Position numbers and translations under genes: made by a program. Of a DNA stretch of 25,396 nucleotides, positions 1 through 9,495 are shown one piece after another (the first letter of the stretch is position 1; every line of letters starts with the position of its first letter). Below the pieces are notes generated by a model. The model saw only the letters and a list, made by a program, of their open reading frames with translations. It searched no databases and had not been told where the DNA came from. The DNA is from Octopus sinensis (Eukaryota), in NCBI RefSeq assembly GCF_006345805.1, contig NW_021836098.1:1-25396 (forward strand). Reading direction: 5' to 3'.

Positions 1-49
1 TCCAGAACAAGCTGGCCTTCTGTTAAAATTTGATGCCATTATCATTATT

Positions 50-81
50 ATAAGTATGATTATTATTATTATTATATTATA

Positions 82-134
<53 letters not shown>

Positions 135-150
135 CATTATTATTATAATT
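50..150. repeat. (ATT)n microsatellite
   Basis: Directly visible. Confidence 0.95.
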
Positions 151-153
151 ACT

Positions 154-345
154 GTGACGAGCTGGCAGAATTGTGAGGATGCAAAGCAAAATGTTGAGCG
201 GCATTTTGTCCATCTTTACATTCTGAGTTCAAATTCCACCTTTTCGGATCGATAAATTAAGTACTAGTTGAGTACTGGGGTCAGTGTAATAGACTGGCCC
301 CTTCCTTGAACTTGCTGGCCTTGTGCCAAAACTTGAAATCATTTT
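154..345 (+). mobile_element. SINE family A copy
   Basis: gagctggcagaa..ctgagttcaaattcc (B-box-like)..gataaattaagtactagttgag..ggccttgtgccaaaa, with an (ATT)-rich tail. Similar to 476-690 and to the tail at 1-40. Confidence 0.75.
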
Positions 346-475
346 TATTATATTAAATAAAACATAAAAGAATCATTGCTGTTGTTGTTGTTTTTTTTGC
401 TGCTGCTGCTAATATTATTATTATTGATGTTGTTATTGTTATAGTTATTGATATTCTTCTTATTATTATATTAAT

Positions 476-695
476 GTGATGAACAAGCAGAATTGTTACA
501 AAATGCCAGACAAAATACTTTTGCATCATTTCTTCCAAGTTTACATTTTGAGTTCAAATTCCACCAGGTTGATTTTGCCCCTCGTCCTTTTGGGATTGAT
601 AAAATAAGAACCAGTTAGGGCTGGGGGGTGACGTAATCAATTAACCCCCCCACCCAAAATTTCAGGCCTTATGCCTATAGTAGAAAGGATTATTA
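476..695 (+). mobile_element. SINE family A copy
   Basis: Colinear with 154-345 (gcagaattgtt..gagttcaaattccacc..gataaaataag..ccagtt..ggccttatgcc), ending in attattatt. Confidence 0.75.
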
Positions 696-722
696 TTATC
701 TTCAAAATTTACCAAAAAAATT

Positions 723-1150
723 TGGGGCATGGCTGTATGGTTAAGAAATTCACTTCAGAACCTTGTGGTCTCAGGTTCAGTCCCACTTTGCAGCACCTTA
801 AAGAATTAACTTCTTCTAATGTTCCAGGTTGACTCAAGCCTTGTGAGTGGGTTTCGTACATGGAACTGATAAATCCTATGGTATATACATGTGGGTGTAT
901 ATTCATGTATGCATATCTACATTTGTACATGTATGTGTATGCATGTGTGAGTGTGTGTGTGTGTGTGTGCATATGTCTGCTCACGTCTCCTTGTCTTGAC
1001 ATCTGCTGCGAATTATAAACAAATGTCACGTCAAACAAACAGAGTCGTTTGTTTGCAGTGTTCCACTAGAAAACATATCCAACCATTGTGCTGTTCATGT
1101 TGGAAGAACTTGGGGAAATATTCTCTTGCTTGAAACCAGGTGAGGATTGG
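723..1150 (+). mobile_element. tRNA-derived SINE (family B head) with internal (GT)n and a different 3' part
   Basis: ggcatggctgtatggttaag (A box) and ggttcagtccca (B-box-like); aagccttgtgagtgg is shared with 23398-23560. Confidence 0.6.
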
Positions 1151-1859
1151 TAAGCCTCATCGAGTGTAGTCATAGACTTGACTGAGTGGCACTCACAAGA
1201 ACCTGGCAAGAAACAAAACAAGATTATGAGAGAGAAAATACAAAAAAGAAAATACATCATCTGATGTATTATAAAGGTTTTGACATCCATTTTCCCTAAC
1301 TGGCATGGGTAGGACAGTTGACGAGGAAGCAGTGAACCAGAGGACATTGCTGAGCTCCAATGAAAGATTTGGCAAGATTTCTACAGCTGGATGATCTTCT
1401 TAACACCAGATGCACACACCATGTGTGTTTATGCGTGCATAAGAGTATATGAATGAATAAACATGGGTTTACTTATGTTTGATTGCACATCTGATTTTGT
1501 ATGCTAGCATGGGTTAGGTGAATATATTATTGTAGCCTTGTTTTACAGACAGACAGCCTTCTTATTGCTCACCCAAAACCATTTTGCAAGAACAAAAGTT
1601 CTTATTTCCCATGTCTTCCAAGGTGGGGGTGATTGGTTGACAGATGTTTCTGCTTGGAGCAACTTAAAAGAGATTGCAAACATAAACAAATGCACAGACA
1701 CCTACGCGCACACACACTCAGCTCGAGTTCACTGCTTCCTGTAGCAGAAACAGCTGGAAGCTAATGAAGGTGTCTACGTAACTCTTGTTCTTTTGTCGTT
1801 CATTGACATATTCATATCTATAAACATACATAGTACACATATTTATACACGGGTATGTG

Positions 1860-1927
1860 AAGGTATATATATTATATATATATACATATATATATATGAT
1901 ATATATATCATATATATATATATATCT

Positions 1928-1971
<44 letters not shown>

Positions 1972-1992
1972 ATATATATATATATATATATA
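1860..1992. repeat. (TA)n microsatellite
   Basis: Directly visible. Confidence 0.95.
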
Positions 1993-2006
1993 TCATCATC
2001 ACATCA

Positions 2007-2180
2007 TTTACCATCCGCTTTCCATGCTAGCATGGGTTGGACGGTTCAACTGGGGTTTGGGAAGCCAGAAGGCTGCACCATGCCCAGTCTGATCTGGCAA
2101 AGTTTCTACGGCTGGATGCCCTTCCTAACGCCAACCACTCCATGAGTGTAGTGGGTTCTTTTTACGTGCATCCAGCTGTA
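2007..2180 (-). mobile_element. SINE family C 3' part
   Basis: Near-identical to 24591-24765 (ccatgctagcatgggttggacggttc..ggatgcccttcctaacgccaaccactcc..tttttacgtg); the tail abuts (CAT)/(TA)n. Confidence 0.8.
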
Positions 2181-3456
2181 GAAAGAAAACCAGAAAATGT
2201 AACTTCAGGCAAGATATTCTTTGAACCATCCAACCAATTCCAGCATGGAAAGTGGGGGTAAAATGATGATCATCATACATACATACAGACATATGGATGT
2301 ATAATATACATATGTGCATCCGTGTGTATATATATACATGTATAAATATACATATGTGCATCCTTGTTATATATTATACACATTCATTCATATATATGTA
2401 TGCATGTGTATATAAATACATCTACAATTAGATTAAAGTCTAATTATTATGAAGGGTTTTGTAGGTTTTCTTCCCCAAAATAACCAAGTAGAATGGCACA
2501 AATGAAACATAAACATTCATTCCAATTTAATTTTACAATAGAAATATTTGCAATTATCTGCTTTTCTCTGTATAAACTTTGTTGTCAACAACAACAGCAA
2601 TACAACAACATAGCCTTATCCAGCTTTTCCCCAAAATATGTTGTTGTTTAGTCCATGTATATTCAAAGAGCTGACATCCTGAACAAGGTCTCTTTTATTT
2701 TTCATTCCTCCTGGGGTCAATAGAGTAACAGTCATTATTTCATAGACCAAGGAGGCGGTGGAGGATCATTCTGATGATGATGGGTCACCAGAATGTCATT
2801 AAACACACCCCACCAATATTTCCTAATCCACCTCATTAAACCCCCAATACTTCATAATAAACTACACCAAGTTATAACTCCTCACCTGACACAAAACAAA
2901 ACACACTTCACCTGCCAAACCCCTTTTTCATACAAACACATCTTTCTCATTGCTACCCAACATTGTCCCTTATATTAAAGATAATTAGGATGAACCTACC
3001 TTTCATTATATTGGGCTTATTCATTAACCAATCTTTATATCTCAATCAGCAACAAATAATAACGATCCTCTCAACATGCTGTCTATCAGTGTGTTATATG
3101 AAAGCCCATCTTTGGATAAGCTTTCAGTTAATCAATGTTGTGTATGATAATTGTGTGGATTATATTGAAATGTCGAGAGATTTACAGCATTTGTCAGGTT
3201 AAGAACAGTTTCATCTCCAGCTTTATTCGTATCTGTGAATCCAGGTAAATATGATGGAAACCAAGCCAACCATGACTGTCACATCATTTCCATGCATATA
3301 ATTATTAATAATACTTATATTCCTGATTTGTAGGGACGTGGTATTTCATTATGCAACCATAAATTCCTGTAAAATATATTAAATCGTTTAGAAGTCAACA
3401 CCACATTCTACTACTTTGTTAGCAGTGTTTTTCACATTATTCTATTGATATTCCAT

Positions 3457-3645
3457 AGAAATTATAGTTGGCTCTGATTTTTTTGCTAAAACTTTTCCTA
3501 TCGAGATGTCAGATGTAAACAAACAATGAGATAAACAATGAGAAACAAACAACAGATGTTTTTCTCTTTGATCTCATTGTTTGTTTCCGTCTGACATTTC
3601 GATATGAAATGTTTGTAGCAGGAAATCAGTCCTGGCTAAATTTCT
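3457..3645. mobile_element. Fold-back (palindromic) MITE-like element
   Basis: The arm 3457-3532 (agaaatt..ctgattt..gcta..atcgagatgtcaga..aaacaaacaatgagat) is the imperfect reverse complement of 3571-3645. The 38-nt spacer is also partly self-complementary. Confidence 0.65.
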
Positions 3646-3919
3646 ACCGATAATATCTGTAAAATAACCTCAACAAAATATTTATATTTCCTTCTTACTA
3701 CAAAACTTTTCACCATCACTTATATTCAGTCAATAAAGATAATGGTGTATTTATATCTTCAAGTTTTATTTCTAATGATTATTCCATTGAAAACAGTTTA
3801 AATGTTAACTTCACTGTCAAATAAACAATTTGTTTAATATATTTAATGAAATGTGTGTTTTCCTTGAAATTCTTTGAATGAATCAAGTAATATTATTTTA
3901 TCAAAAGCTTTTCACAAAA

Positions 3920-3945
3920 CTAATAAAGTTTTCATTTTATTTCAG
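3920..3945 (+). promoter_or_regulatory. Putative 3' splice site (branch point, pyrimidine tract, CAG) preceding the large coding exon
   Basis: CTAAT at 3920-3924, then ttttcattttatttCAG ending at 3945, 113 nt upstream of ATG 4059. A candidate donor CAG|GTAAAT lies at 3244/3245. Confidence 0.45.
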
Positions 3946-4058
3946 CTTTCATGTAAAAATTAGTGAATTTTGAAGAGATAAATTGTATTCCAAAGGAAGA
4001 AAAAAATCCACAGAAAAGATATATTTAACAGAAAAGATATAATTTCTATATTCATAAA

Positions 4059-7000
4059 ATGGAGAAGATTAATGAAGAAAACAAAATGTTGGCTCTCATT
4101 CCTGCCACAGTCTGTGATACAACAGCACATTTATAAGGAAACTACACCAATTCTTACCCAAATATTACATACACAAAACACAAAGAAAACAGAAGAACAG
4201 GAAAGAAAAGACACAAAGAAATCTAAAGAAACGAAAAGTCCATGTTACCAAGTTTCCTTCATATTGTGACATGTTACCGAACACTAATCAAAACAGACCA
4301 CATCAATACGTTTATAGATTATGTAAAGGATAAATGTAATCACATGGACCTCTCTGGTTTAAATGGATCTCAAATTTTACGTAATATCAAACGTAAAATG
4401 CCAAGATTTCTGGAAATTGCAGAACAAATAATGATTTTGTTCACCAAAACCTTGATTGGTTTCAACAAAGACTCTTTGACATTTATTCACCTGTAACCCA
4501 TACAACCACAAGACCATTGAACCACCAAAGTAACCACAAAATTTCGTCCTCTTCGGCCAGTTGTGACCAGAGAAGTAGAGATTGAGGAATCTGGTGAAGA
4601 CTTAAGCAACCCAATATCCAATATTGTTGTCATACAAGGGTATTGTAACATATTCCCACCACTTTATGACAATATGTTGTATACAAGAGACGGCAACAGA
4701 AACGATGTTCGTTGCTCATCTTCTGTCACTGATTTTACAAGAATCAGTGAAGACACAGTCCTCGCCACCCTGCCCTTCCGAAAAAATGATTCTTATTATC
4801 AACCCTTTAAGTTTGGAATCAAAAGAATTCAGCTAGGATTAATCTTGGTTTCTTATTTGAACATTCTACGCTTATAGGTGTAGAAATGTTTGGTCAGACC
4901 ATATACGTCATTGACTGGGAAGAGAATAGAATAAAATACGAATTCATAACCAAAAAACCCCTTCAGATATTGCTGTTGGAGCACAAAATAAACTCTTAGT
5001 ATCCTTTTCCAATATTAACAGGGTTACCTGTTACAATGTGGATGGTCAGCAGTTATTTGAGGTGGATACAAATTCCCTGGACATTCCAAGCCACATCTCT
5101 GTATACCAAAACCATTTTTATGTCCTTCAGGGACATATTATTTATCGGATATCAGGTACAGGTGCTGTGACAACAAGAGAAATTGGCATGAAATGCCGCC
5201 ATATTTCTGTTGGCAGAGAAAATATTTTTGTAACCAATTATTTTGATGTCCTTCATATCATTGGAACAAATGAAGACTTTTGGCCCAGGCAGTCACATAA
5301 CCCCCAGCTATGGACCCCAACATTGAACAGCTATATTTATATTGAGGATTGCTACAACATTACAAATATTCTACCTATGTCTACATCTTCTATATTAATA
5401 ATTTACAAAAACAAGAAAGCTAAATTATTCACTGATAATGGGGAAATAATTAACCAAAATAATTCAGTTTTCCTTGAGCTTCCTTCTTTCTGTTGTAGAA
5501 TAAACGCAAACAGATTCCTGGTATTTTATTGTGAAATGAAAGGATTTCAGTATATCACCTGTCCTGAACTAAGAAAAGGCCCTTTAATAAAGGTGCAAAC
5601 TGGTTACATGAAAATATGTCATATTGTATCAAATAAGTGTCTGGCTGTGACCACCACTAAAAACAAAAGCGAGGTCCATATCCTATTGATCAATGAAGAT
5701 AAAGTTGACATCGCAGAAAGAATTTCTCTGGGACATCATAATGTCAGCATTGCTGCAACTCCAATTAATTTTGTAGTCGTAGATGGAAACGAAAATAAAA
5801 TGGTATTTTATTCCACATGTGGTGAAGAACTTTTTCAAAAATACCTTCCATTCTATGGATACCCTCATCACATCTACTCTGATAATGTTTATTTCTATGT
5901 CCTCTTCAGGAGACACTCTATTCTCAGATGTTACGATCTATATGGACAAATGAAATGGCAGTGGGAACTGCCTTTCCCTGTTCACCCTCACATTGCTGTT
6001 TTCCAAGGAATTCTTTATGTCCCGGACACTCAACTCAACAGGGTTCTTCTTTACAAGTATCAAGACTGGTCGTCTGCTTGCCTTTTACCCATTAAAAATC
6101 CTTACATCAGAAATCTAAATCTACGTCTCAAAGAAAAGGAGAATGACCAAAAACTTGTCATAGGTGAAATATGTAATCTGTCCAATGGACAGTTGGTGGT
6201 GTCGGACATCAACCATGATTGCTTGTTGTACATTTCTGAGGAAGGAGACATTGTGTCCAGATTATCTCTGCCGTCTACAGCCACAGATATATGTCGATGG
6301 GATTCTAATCATATAGGGGTCACATTACCCCTACAGAAACAATTAAGGGTCATCGGAAACCTATCAAAGAGAGTGAGAAGTGTATCATTAAGGCAGCCTT
6401 ATGTACGGGTGTGTAAGATGGGTGAATGTGAAATTGTTTGTTATTGTGATAAACCATCACATTTAGACATTTTAGCCATCAATTATTATAATCAAGTTGA
6501 AGTAATTAAGACAATTAATATCCCTGTGTTTGTGAAATCATTATCAATAGACAAGAAAACAGAAAAGCTATTAATTGTTACTAGGGGAAAAGCTTTTCAG
6601 TACAACACTAGAATAGGTGGTGGTGGTCATCGTCGTCATCGTCTTCGTGGTGGTAAAACTAGATATAGTTATGCTAGTAGTATTAAGATGGTCCCCAGTG
6701 TTTTAATGTCCCAAGTGAAACGTCCCCTCAGTCTCCAAGGTGGATCTATTGACCAAACGTCTGTTTATCTGATAGACAGAAGCCGTATGTTTGCCATAAA
6801 CGATCAGAATTTGTTGGTTAATGATCTCGTTACTAATAATCAACTTAATTATTATATCGACCTGGTGGATGTATTTTCCAGACACATTTCTCTCAGTGAA
6901 ATTTTGTCTTCCACTTTATATCTACAGGACCTGACAGTTTCTGATAAAGCCAGACATATTCCTCTCCTAAACATTTGGGAGACAAAGAACCAGCGGGGAT

Positions 7001-9495
7001 TATCTCGTTGGTTCTTACTGAAAATAATCTGATTGCAGGATGGGACCAGACGAATGGAAACATTAAGATATTCACGTTGGATGGTCACCTTATGTATTCA
7101 ATCAAAGTGAATCATTGTTATTATATTAAAATGTGTCGATGGCATTCAAACACTCTGGTCATTATGAATTGGGATTATAAAGATGATAAATACCCACTGT
7201 TGACATTAAAAGTGGAATTTCCATTGTCGTTGGTAATTTACAAAACGAGAAATAATTATTATTGTGTGGCTTCTTTATCAAACAATCAACTGGTTTTGAG
7301 TAAATTGAGAGATGGAGGTCATTTGTATTTTGTTGATATTGATGAAATACATTCGAGTGTGAAGGAAATAAATAAAATAGACATACCTGAACCATTAATA
7401 ACGAGAGACGAAGATGGAGATTATTTTGATGACATCCTGGATATTAAAGTTACTGATGAAGATGTCATCATTGTCTTAAACACGAGATTCATCATTTTCT
7501 TCAACAGTGGTGGTCAATATTTACATTCAGTCAGACACTACATGGAGGATTATTTTGGTGATGTTTATGACAGGATGACAATTGATGACAGTTTTTTGTA
7601 CATTTATGGTCAGTGGCAGAAATCTTTTGGTTTATCTGAATATCGAAACATTTTGTGTTTGACCCAGAATGGGGAATACAAGAGAATATTTTTAAATGAA
7701 AGAATTTATAAAGATGAAGTAGAATTCTTCAGTATAGACTGTAAAGGACCAAGGTTTGTTGGAAGCCCCTGGAGTAGAAGGAATGAATTGTATGTTGAAG
7801 GGTTGTTTATGGTGAATCGAGACAGCTTCCCGGTTGCTCGTTTACAAACAGACGAATGTCCTGTTCAAGTAAAAGATTTTGATGTCTCTGAGGAAGGAAA
7901 GACAGTTGTGTGTGAAAAAGCCAATAATGGAAATGTTAAAATATTCGATGAAGACGGCCAGTTGCTACGTCACAGAAATGTTGCAAGTTTAGTTGGTGGT
8001 GTGTGTTTTACACAAGAATCACACATAATGGCCACGGTTCCTAAAAGGAAAGAAATATTTCAACTGAATGGAGAAGATTTGCAGACATCTCAAGTTTGCT
8101 CGAGTCTCATCCCTTATGGTGTAATATGGAGAAAAGTGGCGGGTATTTACTGGTGTGTACATAATGAATTGATTGAATGTCATTGCATAAAGATTGATGG
8201 GGACCAAGTGAACATTCTGGAATCTGTGTCATTATTAATCTTGATTCTGGTCTTCGTTTCCCTTCCATTACATCTGAAACGAACAAGGAAATATTCAGTA
8301 ATGAATTAATTAATAAATTGGAATACAGAGGAGAGATGGAGATGGAGGAAGAAGAAGAAGAGGTAAATCAGGTGAAATAATTGGTAAAGGTAGATTAAAG
8401 GTGAGATGTGGTAATTACATAGCAGAGATTAATAATTCAGGAATTGATGAAATATCAGTGAGGAGACTTCCATATAGGACAGCAATGGTCCCTTTTTCCA
8501 TTCCTGCATTCGAGGAACCTCTTGATTATGATTGTGGGGACATTAGGGACCGGAACAGTAAACTAATAAAGTTAGATGAGAATGTGAGTGTGTTGATTTT
8601 TCGAGAAAGTGTCACATTAATCAGAACAACAACAACAACAACAGTGGACATACTTCAACATGAACAACAAAAACGACCAGCACTGGATATATGTCGGTGG
8701 ACAGAGGAATGTTTCATTGTCGCCTTTGGGAGAGAAATGAGGGTCTTCAACAGGGATCTCCGTCGTTTAAAAACCATCAGAACTGAGAAATACTACAACA
8801 GGATTTATAAATACAACGACAATCAACTCGTGTGTGGTGGTCATTATATTAGAGACATAACTCAAGAAGAGAGACACGAGAAATACGAAAGAATGTGGGA
8901 GAACAAGTATTACTATATTTGCATTGACCCCGACATCTTTGACCCTTATTATGTGGATGTGGTTGATATCAAAGATGGGAAATGTAAAGATGAAGTGTGT
9001 TGTGGGAAGATGAGGAGACGGGGAAGGTTTGAGGGAGACAAAGGGGTGGATGGTGTGGGAATCACATCTTTTGGTGATGTTGTTGTTGTGAGGAGGGAGA
9101 TGGAGGATAAGGAGGACTCTGGAGATTGGGAAATTTTGTGTTTTGTGGAATGGTTCAGGGAAAAGTCTTTGGTGAGGAGGATAAGCATAGGAGAAAGAAG
9201 GTTTGTTGGTCAGGAATATTGTATTCCAAGACTTCGTCTGACCATAATTGGTGAATGTGTTTATATAACAGATTCAAGAAACAATATTTACGAAATACCT
9301 AGACATATTGAAGAGGAAACATCTGAAGATGATGAAATCCGGGGATTAAAAGATAATCCAAAATATTTACTCCTCAGAGGGGATGATAATGAAGTCGTTG
9401 AACTTCTTGGTTTGGATGTTTCAGACAATTCTTTGATGGTTTTTGGAATTATTCCTGGACGTCAATCTTTTGCTTTCTTTTATTTTGACAAATAA
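4059..9495 (+). CDS. Reconstructed single-exon gene (frameshifted in this sequence): ~1,800-aa protein with six tandem NHL/TolB-like six-bladed beta-propeller modules
   Basis: The stop-free stretches 4930-7032, 6948-8309 and 8317-9495, plus short bridging frames (4811-4999, ~8229-8380), join by single-base shifts. A blade motif recurs six times: VTDFTRI/FCCRI/DICRW/KMCRW/GVCFT/DICRW at 4725/5488/6286/7128/7998/8686. NHL-like strings include TPSDIAVGAQNKLLVSFSNINRVTCYNVDG and IAVFQGILYVPDTQLNRVLLY. The start ATG at 4059 (ataaaATGG) is tentative. Confidence 0.65.
4521..4999 (+). CDS. Frameshifted first part of propeller module 1
   Basis: ..VTDFTRISEDTVLATLPFRK, then a shift at A6 (4781-4786) to MILIINPLSLES, a shift at A4 (4821-4824) to KNSARINLG..GQTIYVIDWEENRIKYEFITKK, and a shift at A6C4 (4952-4961) to TPSDIAVG. 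Confidence 0.6.
4930..7032 (+). CDS. Propeller gene fragment: end of module 1, modules 2 and 3 (ORF track 5038..7032 extends upstream without a stop to 4930)
   Basis: 2.1 kb open frame in AT-rich DNA. Contains PSDIAVG..NKLLVS, LELPSFCCRINANRFLVFY and GEICNLSNGQLVVSDINHDCLLYISEEGDIVSRLSLPSTATDICRWDSNHIGVTLPLQKQL, which match the propeller pattern of molluscan TRIM/NHL-like proteins as I recall it. Confidence 0.8.
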   Translation, partial: NKIRIHNQKTPSDIAVGAQNKLLVSFSNINRVTCYNVDGQQLFEVDTNSLDIPSHISVYQNHFYVLQGHIIYRISGTGAVTTREIGMKCRHISVGRENIFVTNYFDVLHIIGTNEDFWPRQSHNPQLWTPTLNSYIYIEDCYNITNILPMSTSSILIIYKNKKAKLFTDNGEIINQNNSVFLELPSFCCRINANRFLVFYCEMKGFQYITCPELRKGPLIKVQTGYMKICHIVSNKCLAVTTTKNKSEVHILLINEDKVDIAERISLGHHNVSIAATPINFVVVDGNENKMVFYSTCGEELFQKYLPFYGYPHHIYSDNVYFYVLFRRHSILRCYDLYGQMKWQWELPFPVHPHIAVFQGILYVPDTQLNRVLLYKYQDWSSACLLPIKNPYIRNLNLRLKEKENDQKLVIGEICNLSNGQLVVSDINHDCLLYISEEGDIVSRLSLPSTATDICRWDSNHIGVTLPLQKQLRVIGNLSKRVRSVSLRQPYVRVCKMGECEIVCYCDKPSHLDILAINYYNQVEVIKTINIPVFVKSLSIDKKTEKLLIVTRGKAFQYNTRIGGGGHRRHRLRGGKTRYSYASSIKMVPSVLMSQVKRPLSLQGGSIDQTSVYLIDRSRMFAINDQNLLVNDLVTNNQLNYYIDLVDVFSRHISLSEILSSTLYLQDLTVSDKARHIPLLNIWETKNQRGLSRWFLLKII
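6948..8309 (+). CDS. Propeller gene fragment: module 4 and first part of module 5
   Basis: 1.3 kb open frame overlapping the previous one in the -1 frame. Contains IISLVLTENNLIAGWDQTNGNIKIFTLDG..KMCRW and VKDFDVSEEGKTVVCEKANNGNVKIFDEDGQLL..GVCFTQESHIMATVPKRKEIF. Confidence 0.8.
   Translation, partial: SQTYSSPKHLGDKEPAGIISLVLTENNLIAGWDQTNGNIKIFTLDGHLMYSIKVNHCYYIKMCRWHSNTLVIMNWDYKDDKYPLLTLKVEFPLSLVIYKTRNNYYCVASLSNNQLVLSKLRDGGHLYFVDIDEIHSSVKEINKIDIPEPLITRDEDGDYFDDILDIKVTDEDVIIVLNTRFIIFFNSGGQYLHSVRHYMEDYFGDVYDRMTIDDSFLYIYGQWQKSFGLSEYRNILCLTQNGEYKRIFLNERIYKDEVEFFSIDCKGPRFVGSPWSRRNELYVEGLFMVNRDSFPVARLQTDECPVQVKDFDVSEEGKTVVCEKANNGNVKIFDEDGQLLRHRNVASLVGGVCFTQESHIMATVPKRKEIFQLNGEDLQTSQVCSSLIPYGVIWRKVAGIYWCVHNELIECHCIKIDGDQVNILESVSLLILILVFVSLPLHLKRTRKYSVMN
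8317..9495 (+). CDS. Propeller gene fragment: end of module 5, module 6 and the true stop codon
   Basis: Open from 8317 to TAA 9493-9495. Contains ALDICRWTEECFIVAF, KYYNRIYKYNDNQLVCGG and GECVYITDSRNNIY. The sequence gatatatgtcggtgg (8686-8700) matches module 3 gatatatgtcgatgg (6286-6300) at 14 of 15 nt. Confidence 0.8.
   Translation: MGIQRRDGDGGRRRRGKSGEIIGKGRLKVRCGNYIAEINNSGIDEISVRRLPYRTAMVPFSIPAFEEPLDYDCGDIRDRNSKLIKLDENVSVLIFRESVTLIRTTTTTTVDILQHEQQKRPALDICRWTEECFIVAFGREMRVFNRDLRRLKTIRTEKYYNRIYKYNDNQLVCGGHYIRDITQEERHEKYERMWENKYYYICIDPDIFDPYYVDVVDIKDGKCKDEVCCGKMRRRGRFEGDKGVDGVGITSFGDVVVVRREMEDKEDSGDWEILCFVEWFREKSLVRRISIGERRFVGQEYCIPRLRLTIIGECVYITDSRNNIYEIPRHIEEETSEDDEIRGLKDNPKYLLLRGDDNEVVELLGLDVSDNSLMVFGIIPGRQSFAFFYFDK

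Noticed and set aside
2767-2795. CTGATGA inside a small hairpin (cattctg..cagaatg) as a hammerhead ribozyme or box C/D snoRNA
   Set aside because: No GAAA core or stems II/III, and no properly placed box D with a terminal stem.
6960-6990. Programmed -1 ribosomal frameshift between ORFs 5038 and 6975
   Set aside because: No canonical X XXY YYZ slippery heptamer, and the many other indels in mixed directions argue against recoding.
8363-8400. GTAAAT...AG 38-nt in-frame intron that would join the EEEEEE frame to ORF 8401
   Set aside because: Very short and purine-rich with no pyrimidine tract; a 1-bp deletion is simpler. It is not fully excluded without RNA data.
4059-9495. Endogenous viral element or horizontally acquired bacterial operon
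   Set aside because: No viral hallmark genes, terminal repeats or ribosome-binding sites. The motifs resemble animal TRIM/NHL-type propellers and there is a plausible spliceosomal acceptor upstream.
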